Shown piece after piece: positions 39,772-53,137 of a DNA stretch of 64,000 nt. The notes beneath the pieces were generated by a model. That model searched no databases. It worked only from the letters and a program-made list of their open reading frames with translations, and had not been told where the DNA came from. The DNA is from Psilocybe cubensis (Eukaryota): positions 2,418,001 through 2,482,000 of the forward strand of contig CM038999.1 in assembly GCA_017499595.2 (NCBI GenBank), given 5' to 3'. Each line of letters starts with the position of its first letter. The first letter of the stretch is position 1. Both the position numbers and the translations under genes were made by a program.

Positions 39772-41791
39772 TTAACCATTGGCTCTTCGGTGTCTCTTCC
39801 TTGAGTTCTCGACTTTAACAGGTCTCTGGCACACAGGACATCTCCCAGAAACATCGAGAAGCCAAGGATCGAGGCAGGTTTTCTAGATAACAGTAAACAT
39901 TTGGGCTGCAAGCGGGAAGGAATCTGAGAGGACTTACATGGAAAACATGACCACATTCAAGTAATCGCAATGGTTGTGCCCCATCGCCTGCATCTGCTAG
40001 TTTCAGTTGATTTATTTGTTCGTGAGATAAATGTTGCGCTGTAGCAGGTGGCGCCTGTGGTGTATTAACGGAATGTGATGAAGACGGGTTTTCCTTATTT
40101 CCCCCCCCTCCCGGTATATCCTTCGTACGCTTTGGCTCTTCGAAATCCATTAAGCATATAGCACATGATGCACGATTTCCCTCCAGTCTGACAAACGGAT
40201 ATCGCCCTGGCACCCAATTTTGTTCCCAAGACATAGGTTCTTGATACCCCGGCGTTGATCCTCTTTCCTTTTCTCCCTCATCAGTGCCGTGTTTCGGCTT
40301 GTTGTCATCTTTCATGCGTCGAAGTTCGGATATATTGCGAAAAAATATGAATCTCCTGTGTGACCTTTGTGGTTGTGGTGACAAGGGTGGTGTTAGATTC
40401 ATATTCGGTGGGTAGGAGTGAGAATTTTCAACGGCGTCCACACCTCCTTCTTGGGGGGGAGCGGGGATATACATGACAAGTGGGATGCGTTCTACGAAGG
40501 ACTTGGGCAATTTTCCAATTTCTGGTTTGATGCCTGGGTTTTGAATGGGATGTCGACCAATACAAATGAGGAAGATATTCCAGAACAGCTAAAATATAAT
40601 TAATCTCAAAAGGCCGGTAAAAGCATTAATACTTACAAACAATATGGGCAATATCACAAGAACAAGCAATCCGAGAAGAGCAACTTCTAGCACCATGAGA
40701 TACATTATACAGAGAATGCCAAATATTAACCACCACAAGTGAGGTGACGTCTGCCGACATGTATGAATGGATGTGTACTCTAGAATGTGGGCAGTTAAAA
40801 ACCAGCTCAACGTCATTAGTGAAGACAACAACGTCAGACTTTGAAAATGGTGTCAGCGAAATAAAGAAGAGATTGCTTCAAAATTACCGACCGGGAGTAC
40901 ATTCTTGGGGGCGGAGGAAGATGCTCTTGGACATTGTTGTTTGGATTATTGTTACCATGATTGTTAGTAATTGAACCAGTTCCACGAAAATTCTGCACCG
41001 CGGTATCTCCAAGATGCACTGTTGTGGGATCTCGACGAGCGTTAGGTGCTTCAGTATCTGTTCGTCTGCGCAAATACTCCGTTAAAATCTTCAAGTTTGG
41101 AGACAAATTTCACAAACATTCTGAACCTCAGTGAACGATTCCTGAGAAAGTCCCAGTATGCCAAAAAAGTCGCCAAAATAGCCCTCAGAACCCACAGAGT
41201 TGCCCATATTCCTAATGGTCGATCACAAGCCGTCCATTCACTCCTTTGAGGGTCAGCGGTGCTTCTGAAAAAAGTCCCAGACAGTATGAGCATTGTGATT
41301 ATAGTGATGATCTATGTGTAAGAATGGAATCAAGTGTTCCTATGAATCAGAAAGAAGACCGATACCTGACTAAATCCCCAAAACATATTCCAAATCAAAG
41401 ACATCAAAGCTTTCCTAGCATACGAAGCTCTCCGACCTATCCCAAAGTACATTAGCATTCTCATGTAGAGAGGCATATTGTGAGGCGTCGTGGATGATGA
41501 GGGGACTTGTTCCTGAGCAGTGGGTGGCAAGGGCACTTGATTCGAAGAGCGGGTAGGCTGTCCAGATGTTGCCAAAGAAGCATCCGGTGAAGAACCGATT
41601 GAACCTGAGCGATAACCCAAGCTGTAGTCGCGGTCTGGAGACGACAATGGAAGATAACCACTGGTTCCTTCCGACTCTCGCAGAGCTGTGCGAATGTGAA
41701 CACTCTCCGGTTGACGGGGTATATCGCACAGGGAGTGAACCCTACGGAGAGATCCTTCCTGATCTGCTTGAGAAATGACCGGGGTCGACAT
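39772..41791 (-). CDS. Membrane-anchored RING-H2 E3 ubiquitin ligase
   Basis: TM segments (EWTACDRPLGIW, CRQTSPHLWW). RING-H2 CAICLMDF...LRLLECGHVFH, then after an intron KTCLDPWLLDVSGRCPVC. Confidence 0.85.
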
Positions 41792-42611
41792 ACTGCGCCA
41801 CTGTTGACTGTGATTCCCCTGGCGCTTTTAAAAGGTAACTGAATCCTTATGTTGCCGATACTATCTTAGAGTGTTGAATGGGCAGACAATACACGATAAC
41901 CAGCACCGCGGTGGCTTCAATGACCGCTGTGGACGGTTACACCACGGTTGCTGAAGAACAAACCGACACTACAGGGAGAACTACAGGGAAGGAAAGTAAA
42001 CAGAATGATGAACAACAAAATGGAACAGATCGAAATACCATATTGCACCAGCCTGCAGACCAGACAGATGCAGTATGTCACATCACAAGCATACGTAAAT
42101 TGCTTGCGACTCGGCACTGACCAATCATGCACTTCGATAGCTATGAAGCAATAAGGTGCACAGAGAAACAAAACCCGACCTTCAATACATGGCAGAAATT
42201 TGACAGCTCTAAAGTTTACTGCTGTGTTATATGAGTATATTCATATCTAGGAAAACAGTGCGATGGCAGTAACATAGAGGTAAAATAAAAAGGGAAAATC
42301 TGTTAGAAATACACATCTTGCATGATTAACATCGTAAATCAAAGTCGAAAGTACTGGGTATTTTTTACTGTAACAGATCAAGCTGTTACACTGATATTAC
42401 ATAGACCAACATCATACTAAAAAGATTGTGGTACAAATACGACCCAGAAACCTCACATATGTACGTACTGTGGTTTGTCTAGGTGAGACGATCAGAAACA
42501 TGGTGTCCATGGACGCAATTGCGATCAAAGGTATAAAGACTCTTGAAATGATTTTGTATCGGTTATTAGTTAATATCAGCACCGAAAACAGCGGGATCTC
42601 TTACTGTAGGG

Positions 42612-44656
42612 TTACAAGTTCCTGGAGTCGGAATATAAAGCGCCCACAGCTTTGCTAACTGTGTTCACAGCTATTTCGAGACGAAGGAGATCGTATTATC
42701 GTAAGCCATATATTACATTACAGTCGCATATTCTAGAAGAGATGCTTACCGGTGAGTATTTCCTCTCTTTCTTGTTCGTCAAGAACAGCATTGTAAAGAT
42801 TTCGACTGTTCCATCTATCAGGATGGAATCGATGGAAGCTGGACTTCATAACTTCCTTGTATTCTTGACCGCGTAGAATTTCTTTGGCACCTAAAAAGAA
42901 ATCAGTAACCGTTTCATAGTCCATGTCTCGTGGTGTATTTTCTCTTGGATGGCGCAGTGTCGGCCAAGGGATATCTATCACCGTAAGAGGTAAGGTTTCA
43001 CAGGAGAATCTTGCTTTGTCGAAAAAGTGGCCAACATGTCTATAACGTTCCATCGCACGGGCACGATCCCAGCGTCCGTAATCCCATTGTCGATGCCGAG
43101 CCTCGCGCTCCTCCTGGAAACCTGCCATAAGCTCTGCCCGACGGCGGATTTGTTCTTGTCGTAATCTAGCCTGCTTCAATTCTTCTTTCTGCTTAGCTTC
43201 TGCTTGCCGACGAAGCTCTTCTTCTTCTACTTTCTGTCGCTTAATCTGCTCGCGGCTAGGACCCTCAGTTTGGGCCCGGCGGCCTTCTTGTCTTTCTTCC
43301 CGAAGCATTTTTTCCCGCTGCCTCTGCCGATCGCGGTCGGCATTCAATTCTTCCATTTTACGACGTGATTCAGCAAGTCGTTGAGCGTTTGCTTGCTCCT
43401 CGTTATCCACTACTACTTCTTCTTCTTCAGGTTCCTGCATTGGTTGAGGTTGAGGTTCATTCATCTCTTCTTCAGTTTCCTCAGGAATGCCGCAGAATTT
43501 ATGATCTTTTAGTGAAATACTCATCAGTAAGAAAAATAGCGCGCTAAGGGCTACTCACCAGGGCTCGAGAAATTCGCTGGGGGGACATCTCTTAGTATCT
43601 CCCGCTCAAACTCCTGTTCGCGGCGGAGTATACGCTCTGCCTTTTCCCTATCCATTCTTGCTTGCTTCGCGTTTTTCCACTTCGTTTTATGAGCATTTGC
43701 AGCTCGCTGTTGAGATGTGGGGGACATGGTCCTGGCACGTTTTCTAATCTTCGGGATAAATTGCTTAGTGTTTCGATGAAGGTTATCCTGATCAAAGTAA
43801 TCGTTTTCTTCTTCCTCTGGATTGCGGAGGTTTTGAAAGGATAGATCGGCTGTGGAGCAAAATAGAATAAAATTGTACTGCAGTGTAGTACAGAGAAATT
43901 TTCTCACCATTCCTCTTTGAAGTGGTTGAAGGGGATGTTCCATCTGAGTTATTGCCAAAGTTGAAATAGAACGATGTACGAGGGGATACTTTCCGTTTGG
44001 AACGTGATTGAGGTTTGGGAAGCGACTGGTGAGCAATGTCTTCGTCGATTTCCATCATATCGTCGTCAACTATCAGGCCATCACTCGAAGGTTTTTGCCA
44101 TCGTGAATCAGGCCATGTTGAAGAGTAGTCAGAACTATAACTGCCATAGCTTGGAGAATCTTTTTTGGTTATAACGCTCAGGCATGAGAAATCGTCGACG
44201 AAGCAGTCATATAATGGATCGAGCTTGTATATGTCCCACTGGTCCTGTGAGATAATATATGGTTCTCTGCAGAAGTCAGACGAAGTGCAACAAGTGGCAC
44301 TGACAAACAAAATCTCACCCACAAACGCGAACCATTCTCGGGAACCCCCCTTCGTCCTGTATATGCTCTCTAAGGCGTGCACGCGGCACCCAGCGCCAGA
44401 AGGATCCGACACCAGGTATGGTTTCGATCACGATCCTCTTTGGTCGACAGTTGTTGTCGTTGAGTGACATGCTACCAAGTTGTGAGATATTATATGGCAC
44501 AGCAATATTTGGGTCGAAGGAGGCGAATAAGAGCGTTGAGTTTGGTTTGCGCAATAAACGTGAGGCTTGCGTTGGGTCAAGTACCCCAGGAGTCGAGCCC
44601 ATGAGCTCTGGTACAAAGGGCACATCTAGAGGACGAGATTTGTGATGGCGCACCAT
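42612..44656 (-). CDS. Uncharacterised protein with long charged coiled coil and C-terminal IPWP...RFHPDRW domain
   Basis: Consecutive minus-strand exons with GT-AG junctions. E/R/Q-rich helix. DIPWP and FHRFHPDRW motifs. The 5' end is uncertain. Confidence 0.65.
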
Positions 44657-45231
44657 GCTGAGACAAGGTCGAAACCAAAGAGATGATCTGGACGTACCTT
44701 GTGTGCTCATATATGAATTGGATGTTTACAAGGATCACAGTCGTTGTATTCTGGCTCGATAATGAACAAGCCACAGATGGACCCCCGGCATCACTGAAAT
44801 TAGAGCACGTGATCGTTCGTAGACAAGTTCTATTCCCGTTTGGACATGCCATTGTGTATTGTTATGGTTGTCCATGTACTCACGAATCTCTTCGTTGTTT
44901 TTTACCGGTTGTATCGACGCTGTAGAGATTTGTACAAATCTCGAATGTGCTATGCCGGTAATCCTATCCCTGACAAGCAAGATGGAGGCTTTAAATATTG
45001 AGAAGAGTTCAGCGAGCTGCGACACTATCTACTTAGTGTATAAGACTATAAGTAAGATTGACTCGGACATGCCACCACAGTATGACCTCACATGACAATA
45101 TTGGACGTGCGTGCTTTGAGAGGCTAGAGCCTACCACCTTTATTTTCTCCAATCATTCGAGTCATTCTCTTTATATTCTGACTCGATAATCAAAGATCTA
45201 TAAACACTCGAATACCCTCCCCTTCTACACA

Positions 45232-47966
45232 ATGACCACACTCCGAACCTTCCAGAACGAGATCGAAGACATACACCATCGGGAAATCTCAAAACAGAGA
45301 GCGCAAGCGCTCATGAATAAAGAAAAAGAAACCAAGCAAAAGGGCAAGGGCAAGGAAGATCAGGACGCCGTTTCTGTCGAGGCTGAAAATCTACATGGCG
45401 CCGAAACAGCAGGTGCTAATCTCCAAGAACTTGAGGAACGCATATTGGTTCGTCATTATCATGACCTAATCTTCCTTTGATCGTGGTTATGCTATCCCAA
45501 ATTCAAATGCTAATATTGAATTAGACTTTGTTACTTTCATCGAGTACCCCGGACTATGACTCTGCTCGAGATCTGCTAGCAGCCTTGCTCACACAATGCA
45601 ACGGAGAACATGTGCTACGAATTGGCCAACAACCTTCTCATACGGCGCTGTTTTCCGGGGAGTTGAAAGATGAATCGGCCCACTGGTCCGGCACTCCAAG
45701 AACAATTGAGGAAATTGGGTCACTACGCACCCAGGTAACGAAAGCCGTGGAAGAGGTCGGTGGAAAGGTATGTACATTACCAAGTGAATGAGTGATCTCT
45801 GACTTCTTTTATCTATTCCCTACAAAGGCATCAGTCTTGTTTGAAACTATCACTGGTCATGCAAGGATATCTCTGCTCTTGCGGCTACCTCCTCCCAATG
45901 TTTCTTTGACTCCAGAAGTACGATGTGCAGTGGTTGGGAATGTAGACAGTGGGAAGTCTACCACATTAGGTGTTTTAACGAGGGGTATGCTCAATCATTC
46001 TCTCTTTGCTTTTAAAATGAAATATTCATATTTATGGTCAGGTGCTCTTGATGATGGAAGAGGTCGCGCTCGTGTGGGTTTATTCCGACACAAACACGAG
46101 ATAGAGACAGGGAGGACATCAAGTGTTGGGATGGAAGTGCGTAAAACCTCAACTTTGTCCGTCATCATTCTCTACAATACTAAAATTCTTAGATCCTCGG
46201 GTTCAATTCATCGGGTGTACCAATACTGCCTAACACATCGCATTTAAGCGACCCTGATGCTATACGACGCGAGAAGATGGGATGGGAAGAGATATCTGTA
46301 CAGGCAGCTAAAATCGTATCTTTCATTGGTAGGTGTATAAGTCTGGTGCTCCAATCGTTATTATTTACTTTTGCAGATTTGGCTGGTCACGAACGTTACC
46401 TTAAAACCACGCTATACGGCCTGACCTCGGGGGCGCCTTCTTGTGTTATCCTGATGGTGGGCGCCAACGCAGGGCTGATAGGAATGTCAAAGGAGCATCT
46501 TGCAATCGCCCTGGCCTTGAGTGTGCCAGTGGTGGTTTGCATAACGAAGGTCAGACCAACGATGAATGTGAGCAATGTGTCTGATAATTTTCAGATTGAT
46601 ATGACCCCTCCTAATGTACTTGCTGAGACCATAAAGCAAGTGGCGAAGATCCTCCAGAGCCCAGGGTGTCGGTATATACATCTCATGGAATAATGCGCTT
46701 GCCAATCACTAATCAAGAATTTAAGAAAAAATCCGGTATTTGTTAAATCAGTGGAAGCGTCTGTGGAAATCGCGACGTCATTCAATGGGTCCGAAAGGTG
46801 ATACCATTCCTCCTCTTTTACGGTCTGCTATTCATGCTTTGTAGATTATGTCCAATATTCCAGATATCGAATGTTACAGGACAAGGGTTAGATTTTGTAA
46901 CTAATCTTATTTTTTACGTTTGTTTACTGCTGATCGCCTATACGAAGGTCCGAACTTTCCTTAATCTACTCCCTTCCAGTGAAAGAGACACCGAGAAATT
47001 TGCGGTGAATCAACCATTAGAGGTACGCGTTCTTTTATCATCTTTTCTTATAAACTATACCAGATTACGTCCCACAGTACTCGATCACTGAAGTGTGGTC
47101 AGTGCCATATGTGGGCACCGTTGTCAATGGTATTATAAATGCTGGAAGTGTAAAAACAGGGGATTCCGTTCTATTAGGACCGGATTCTAATGGCCACTAT
47201 CAAACATCCGTTATCAAAAGCATGCAACGAAAACGGTAGTTCGATCTTTGCAGATTAAATATGTCTAATTTTCTTATTCTTGAACACCACTAGGGCGGAT
47301 GTCACGCGCGCAGAAGCCGGCCAATGTGTATCCCTGGCCCTCAAACGAATACGTCGAGCAGCTGTTCGCAAGGGTATGGTTCTGGTGGCCAAGACAGAGA
47401 CCCCTCCACGAGGTCAATCGCCTTCGTGAACGTGTAGATATCGCAAATACTGATTCCCTTTTTACATCAAGCTATCCGACAATTTGAGGGGCAAGTTTTG
47501 ATTCTATAGTAAGTTTTGACATGCACAACATCTAAAATATTTTGCTAATCTCGCATTGACATGATCTCCTAGTCATAATACGACCTTGCAGAAAAACTAT
47601 CAGGTATACATTCAACTATCCCCTAACTTCCATAGTTGACTGAATAAAATCCTCTTCCCCCATCAGGCAATGTTACACTGCGGGGTATTTTTTATTACAG
47701 TTTACCTTAATGTGTATGTCTCACACTCGATTAGGCTATCCGACAAACCGTTCGAATCATAGGGATGGATCATCCCCAAGGTGTGCTTCGCACAGGGGAT
47801 CGAGCGACCGTGCAATTTGAATTTATATCTCATCCTGAGTTTGTGAAAGAAGGGATGAAGTTGTTATTCCGGGAAGGCAAGACTAAAGTAAGTCTTTCAG
47901 TCATACCATATTCTATGCTCTTCTCATTGCTCACAGGGATTGGGTGTAATAACGAAGTTGCTATAA
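45232..47966 (+). CDS. GTPBP1/GTPBP2-family translational GTPase
   Basis: G1 [41 protein letters not shown], beta-barrel domains ([30 protein letters not shown]). Confidence 0.9.
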
Positions 47967-48085
47967 CAATCTATAAATAGATCTTCAAACAAATTTGTGT
48001 AATATTAGGGTTCATGTTTTTCTCCTAATTGCTGTGTTTTCCTCAGTTGCTCCTGTAATGTACTTTCTCCTTTATAATATTCTTC

Positions 48086-50608
48086 ATGTCGCAACCATCA
48101 AGCTTCAAGAGACTCTCCGATGGCTCAAGCTTGGATCAGCTTGTATGCTGTTTGCACTTCCATTCATTCAGGTTCACTGACAAAATGCCTTTTTAGATAA
48201 CACTAGACTCGACACCATATCCAGTTTGGGCACGTTCTAGTTTAAGCAATCTATCTTCTGAGGTAATAAACATATAAGACGCTTTTTTACTTGCGCTCTA
48301 ACATCTTGTAGTTCACTTTTTCTCCCGATCCTCGCCAGTGGGGACTTCCATTGGCACTAGACCTGATAGAATCTGATGATGACCAATATATCTCCCTGCG
48401 AGAGAGAGATGGCTTTGTGAAGGGAGTTTCTGCAAGAGGTATCGGAAATGTTGGATGTCTATTACTTCTTATAGCTGGGCTATTGGCTCTTTTGTAAGTT
48501 TTAATTTTGCACCTTAACCTTTACCATTCTCACCCTCATTAAAGCATAGGCTATCCGGTGGTCACCTTCTACATTCCGCCTATTCTGGACACTTCCATCA
48601 GCATAAACTCTACAGGACAAGTGCCCCAAATGATGGGTAATCAAGGCCTTATCGACACCGACACCCCACGAGAGGCATATACCAGGAATGCGTGGAATGA
48701 TGCAACGACGGAAATGAAGCTGGTGTTTTCTGACGAATTCAATGTAGACGGTCGATCGTTTTATCCAGGGGACGATCCATACTGGGAGGCCGTCGATTTA
48801 CATTATTGGGTAGGCATTCTGTTTTATCATAACAATACGCCTCTGGAATGACTAGTACCAGGCAACCAACAATTTGGAGTGGTATGATCCCGAGGCAATT
48901 ACCACCAAAGAAGGCTCGCTGGTGATTACCCTTTCTCAGAAGCGGACTCATGGGATGGATTATGAAGGAGGTGTGTCTTAAAAGTAAACAATATCACGGA
49001 AATCTGAAAACTCTAATGTAGGCATGTTGACGACATGGTCAATGATATACCTATATGGTGTCAGTCACGTACTGACAGTAATTTCTTTCTTATATAGGAA
49101 TAAGTTCTGTTTCACTGGGGGGTATGTGGAAGCTTCGGTGCAACTTCCAGGCGCGAGCAACGTCTTGGGACTCTGGCCCGCGATATGGGCCATGGGGAAT
49201 CTTGGCCGTGCTGGATATGGTGCATCTCTAGAAGGCCTGGTACGTCTGCTGATGCTCAAGTAATTGTCAGACACATTGATGCATTTATATCAGTGGCCAT
49301 ATACATACGACAGTTGTGACGTTGGTACTGTCGCCAATCAAACAGTGGATGGACGACCTATTGCAGCAACGATTAACGGAGACCCAGGGAAAGGCAACAC
49401 TTTATCTTATCTTCCAGGCCAACGACTATCCCGATGCACTTGCTCTGGCGAAAGTCATCCAGGCCCAAAGCATTCCGATGGAACCTTTGTTGGTCGTTCT
49501 GCCCCTGAGATTGATATTTTCGAAGCCCAAGTTGGTTTTTCCATTTATTGCTGTTGTCTGTAGCCTAAAAATCCGAAGGTCACTGCAGATACTCTTGTTG
49601 GGCAGGTCTCACAGTCTGCACAATGGGCAGTAAGTCGCCATGCTCGCATCATACGTTTGTTCCTGACCAGCCATGACAGCCATTCGATGCCGGGTATTTG
49701 TGGAACAATTCACCTGCGAATATGGTTATCACCAACCCTAACATCACTCAATTGAACACATTCATTGGGAGTGCTACCCAACAAGCCACTTCGTTGACCA
49801 CAAATACCAACTCTAGCTGCTATGAATTGCCTTATGGAGCGTGTTATGCTGTCTATGGTTTTGAGGTATGTGCACGTTGCTTGCTTGCTATAACGAATGT
49901 CAGTGCTTAAACTGCGGCAACCTTTGCAACACTTTGCAACCTAGTATAAGCCAGGTATGTATTTCAAGTTGCCATATAAGTTGTGATAGATAACAATCCA
50001 TACGATTGTTCAGGCTTTGACGGTGGTGTACATTATTCTCTCAAACAGGTCAATATCTCCATTTGACCGATATCTCTCTCTCTCTCTAGTATATCACCTG
50101 GGTTTCTGATAATAAGACATCTTGGACCTTAAATGCTCCTGGCATGGGGCCAGATCCGAATGTACAAATATCGGCCAGACCGGTTGCGAAAGAACCTATG
50201 GTACGAAGTGTTCTCAACCTAGGAACCCAAGTCAGTTACAATAATTAACGCATCATCCACACTCTCCGATTGTCCAACTAGTACTTAATCGCAAACCTTG
50301 GCATGTCCCGCAACTTCGGACCTGTGGATCTTGACCATCTTACGTTCCCAGCTCATATGAAAATCGATTATATTCGGGTCTATCAACCAAAAAATGCAAT
50401 CAACATTGGCTGCGATCCAAAAGGATTTCCCACCAATAAATATATCGAAATGTGAGCCATCTATCAGTTACTTCAACCATAGTACATGCCGTCGAACAGT
50501 TTCTTTGACTGCAGGTATAACGAGGCATACACAAACCCAAATCTGACTACATGGGTAAATGACTATGGACAGGCGTGGCCAAAAAATTCCTTCCTCAATC
50601 AGTGCTAG
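48086..50608 (+). CDS. GH16 beta-glucan synthesis-associated protein (Kre6/Skn1 family), type II membrane
   Basis: FSPDPRQWG, a TM helix, [50 protein letters not shown], catalytic [12 protein letters not shown]. Confidence 0.92.
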
Positions 50609-50698
50609 CTTTTTTTTCCTTGCGACTACATGTATGTATATTTTGGTTTGTAATTTAGCAAGTCACTTTACCATACGTAAATGTCAATTTAACCAGAT

Positions 50699-51548
50699 TC
50701 AACACAAACAAGGTAAGTGAATGGTTTGCAATGTACAACTTGTGCCCGACGGGGTATCATTGCCTGTTTGAAGGTATAAAGTGTATATGGTGGAAGAACT
50801 GGTAGAACATGCGATGAAATTGAGCTGCCTTGGATTAGTGGTGATAATCGTGTCGCCTTCCAATCCCCAGTCCGTTGTGGTGGCGGTGGCACCGAATGTC
50901 AGGGCCTTGAATGAAGCCGTCCCGCTATTGTCAATGTTCAGATAGAGCTTTGAGTTGCCTGCCTGATTGAGAGAAATAGTTCCACCAATTGTAAAAAGGC
51001 CAGCAGATGCTTCTGGGCCCAGAACAGCGATACCCCCTATGTGAGGAGGCATGAGAACCAGACAGAATAAATAGCGGCCCGAAGAGAAAGGTTACCGGAA
51101 TCCTGAAGATAGAAATGATAGACTGGTGCTTGAACCGATCGTATCTGGCTTCCTGTAGGGGAAGCTCCTGTTGCTGTTGTTGACGCAGTTGGTGTCGTCC
51201 CTCCACCATTATTGGTTGTACTGACACTTGTAACCGTAGTGGTGCTTTGAGGGGTCGATACAGTGGCTGTGCCGGGCAAACACTGTGAGTAGTCTGAAAG
51301 ATCAATTAGTTGCGAACAGCTAGAGGATGAGTTTAGGCGCACAAGGGTTACTGAATACACATGTATAACCAGATATACATGTCGATGCCCCACCCCTGCC
51401 AAGCAGCTTTGTAAGCTTACATTGTTTGTGTGATTTAACAAATACCGACTGACCAGCCCTGTCCGCCACACTGTCCATATGCTCCCGACTGGGCATTGGC
51501 TTCAAACGACAGCAAGCATATTACCGCCAAAGTTAGAAGAAATTTCAT
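50699..51548 (-). CDS. Secreted CBM1 protein with Ser/Thr linker and uncharacterised C-terminal domain
   Basis: Signal MKFLLTLAVICLLSFEANA. CBM1 YGQCGGQGW...TCISGYTC...YSQCLP. Thr-rich linker. C-terminal domain ends TIHLPCLC*. Confidence 0.85.
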
Positions 51549-53137
51549 TCTAAAGTTGATATAACCAAAAATCAAACGTTATGGGTAGATTGAACTCGGA
51601 GAGTCGATAACATTTATATGAATGTCGGGTATAACATGGGAAATTATCGCTCAATCGCATCGAAAGGACATTATAATCCAAGGAAGATAGTCGGTGGGGT
51701 ATGCTCGGGTGTATGCTATACAGCGCATTTTTTGATGCTGTTGAAAAAAGAAAGCATTGTAAGGAGTAAAATCGCACCGACTTGGTTAGAGAACGTTTGA
51801 AGAATGGCCAAATATGAGATCGTCATCGATTTATGTATCATATCCTTTCCAGCATCGACCAGTCTAAATCCATTCCAGAGAGCTTGGAGAGGCGAGAGCA
51901 GCATGCTAGCAAAACCCAGGGAGAATGGCATTATGGCATGCGCCAGTGTGGCATAATGATCTTGTCGAGTCAGACATAGTTGGACAGATCCTCTGTTGTT
52001 CTGGTATTATGCGTTGGTGTGAATTAGTTCTGGAGTTCTTTGGTAGTATATTCCAGTTTGCCTTCCATGCGTTGTTTACTGCCAAAATTCAACGTTGAAG
52101 GTAGCAAGAGGTAACGACAAGTTGTTGGACGTTGTTGATGAGGACTGACGTAAGTCAAATCGGCAAGATCCGCTCAACCTAACCAGGTTCTCCGTGACTT
52201 CAACCTCACAGTATCTCTCATATACGCACTTTGGTTTAAATACCCGAATCCCTCAAGCTGCCCGACTCATCGTCGTCCAGTCATACTGAGGGTATTTTAT
52301 CACTCATTTTTGGTCTCATTTTTTGGTTTGGCATTGAGAACCTACACAAAACTGTCACAGTGTGTAAGGAATTTTCATTGCCATTCCTGAGGATTCGATC
52401 TTGGTTTACACGAGTGTCTTCTGCTTGTCTAAAATACCCATATACACACCACATTTCAAAATAATCCCCGCCCGACGTTGCTGGTTCTCCTCCTAACCAT
52501 CTGTGAGAAAAGAACTCCGACAAAGGAACGTGCCAGTTCACAGTGAAATTATGGTACGCGATACTACCCCATTAATTTCAGAATATTCTTCTCATCGTAC
52601 ATTATTATCAGGTCAGGATCTCCCAACGATGGGAAACGATATACTTATTTGATGCATTTCGGCAATGGTTTCACCTGGAATACCTTCTCAGTGAACACCG
52701 CATATCAAATGTGTCCACTACAGTTAACCCATGCTATGTGCTACCTTCATGATTTACTGGTAGACATGGTGCACTCCGACATATAGCAGGATGTTTTAGA
52801 TTAATTACCCGTCTCTTTCTGTTACTGACTCTCTTTTCTGTCTTGGATCGGCATGTTAGCCTGGTCGCTACAATATTAAATGCGCACATCTGTAGACGAA
52901 AACCAAGTCGTTGTCGTTTTTGTCACTTGGCATTACCAACAGTCCATCAACAAAGTATCGACAGCAAGCGGGTATAATCGGACAGTACCCGTACTAGATT
53001 GGCTCGAGGCCCAGGGGAGGGGAATTAAGCTTGACAGCTGGGGGCATTATTGGCGTTGTTTTATTGCCAGCAATTTGACCAAGGTATATATAGCGCTCAC
53101 TAAACTGGTTTCTGTTTGCTTGTACCTTTTTGTCGAC

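Noticed and set aside
41878..42171. Short ORFs on both strands upstream of the RING gene
   Set aside because: No recognisable motif or convincing splice structure. Likely promoter or 5' UTR.
44735..45095. Short ORFs between the orphan and the GTPBP gene
   Set aside because: They could not be joined convincingly to either gene and have no recognisable motif.
51600..53100. Longest intergenic stretch, inspected for ncRNA, tRNA and transposon remnants
   Set aside because: I saw no tRNA boxes, terminal repeats or coherent coding signal. A covariance-model search would be needed to exclude ncRNA.
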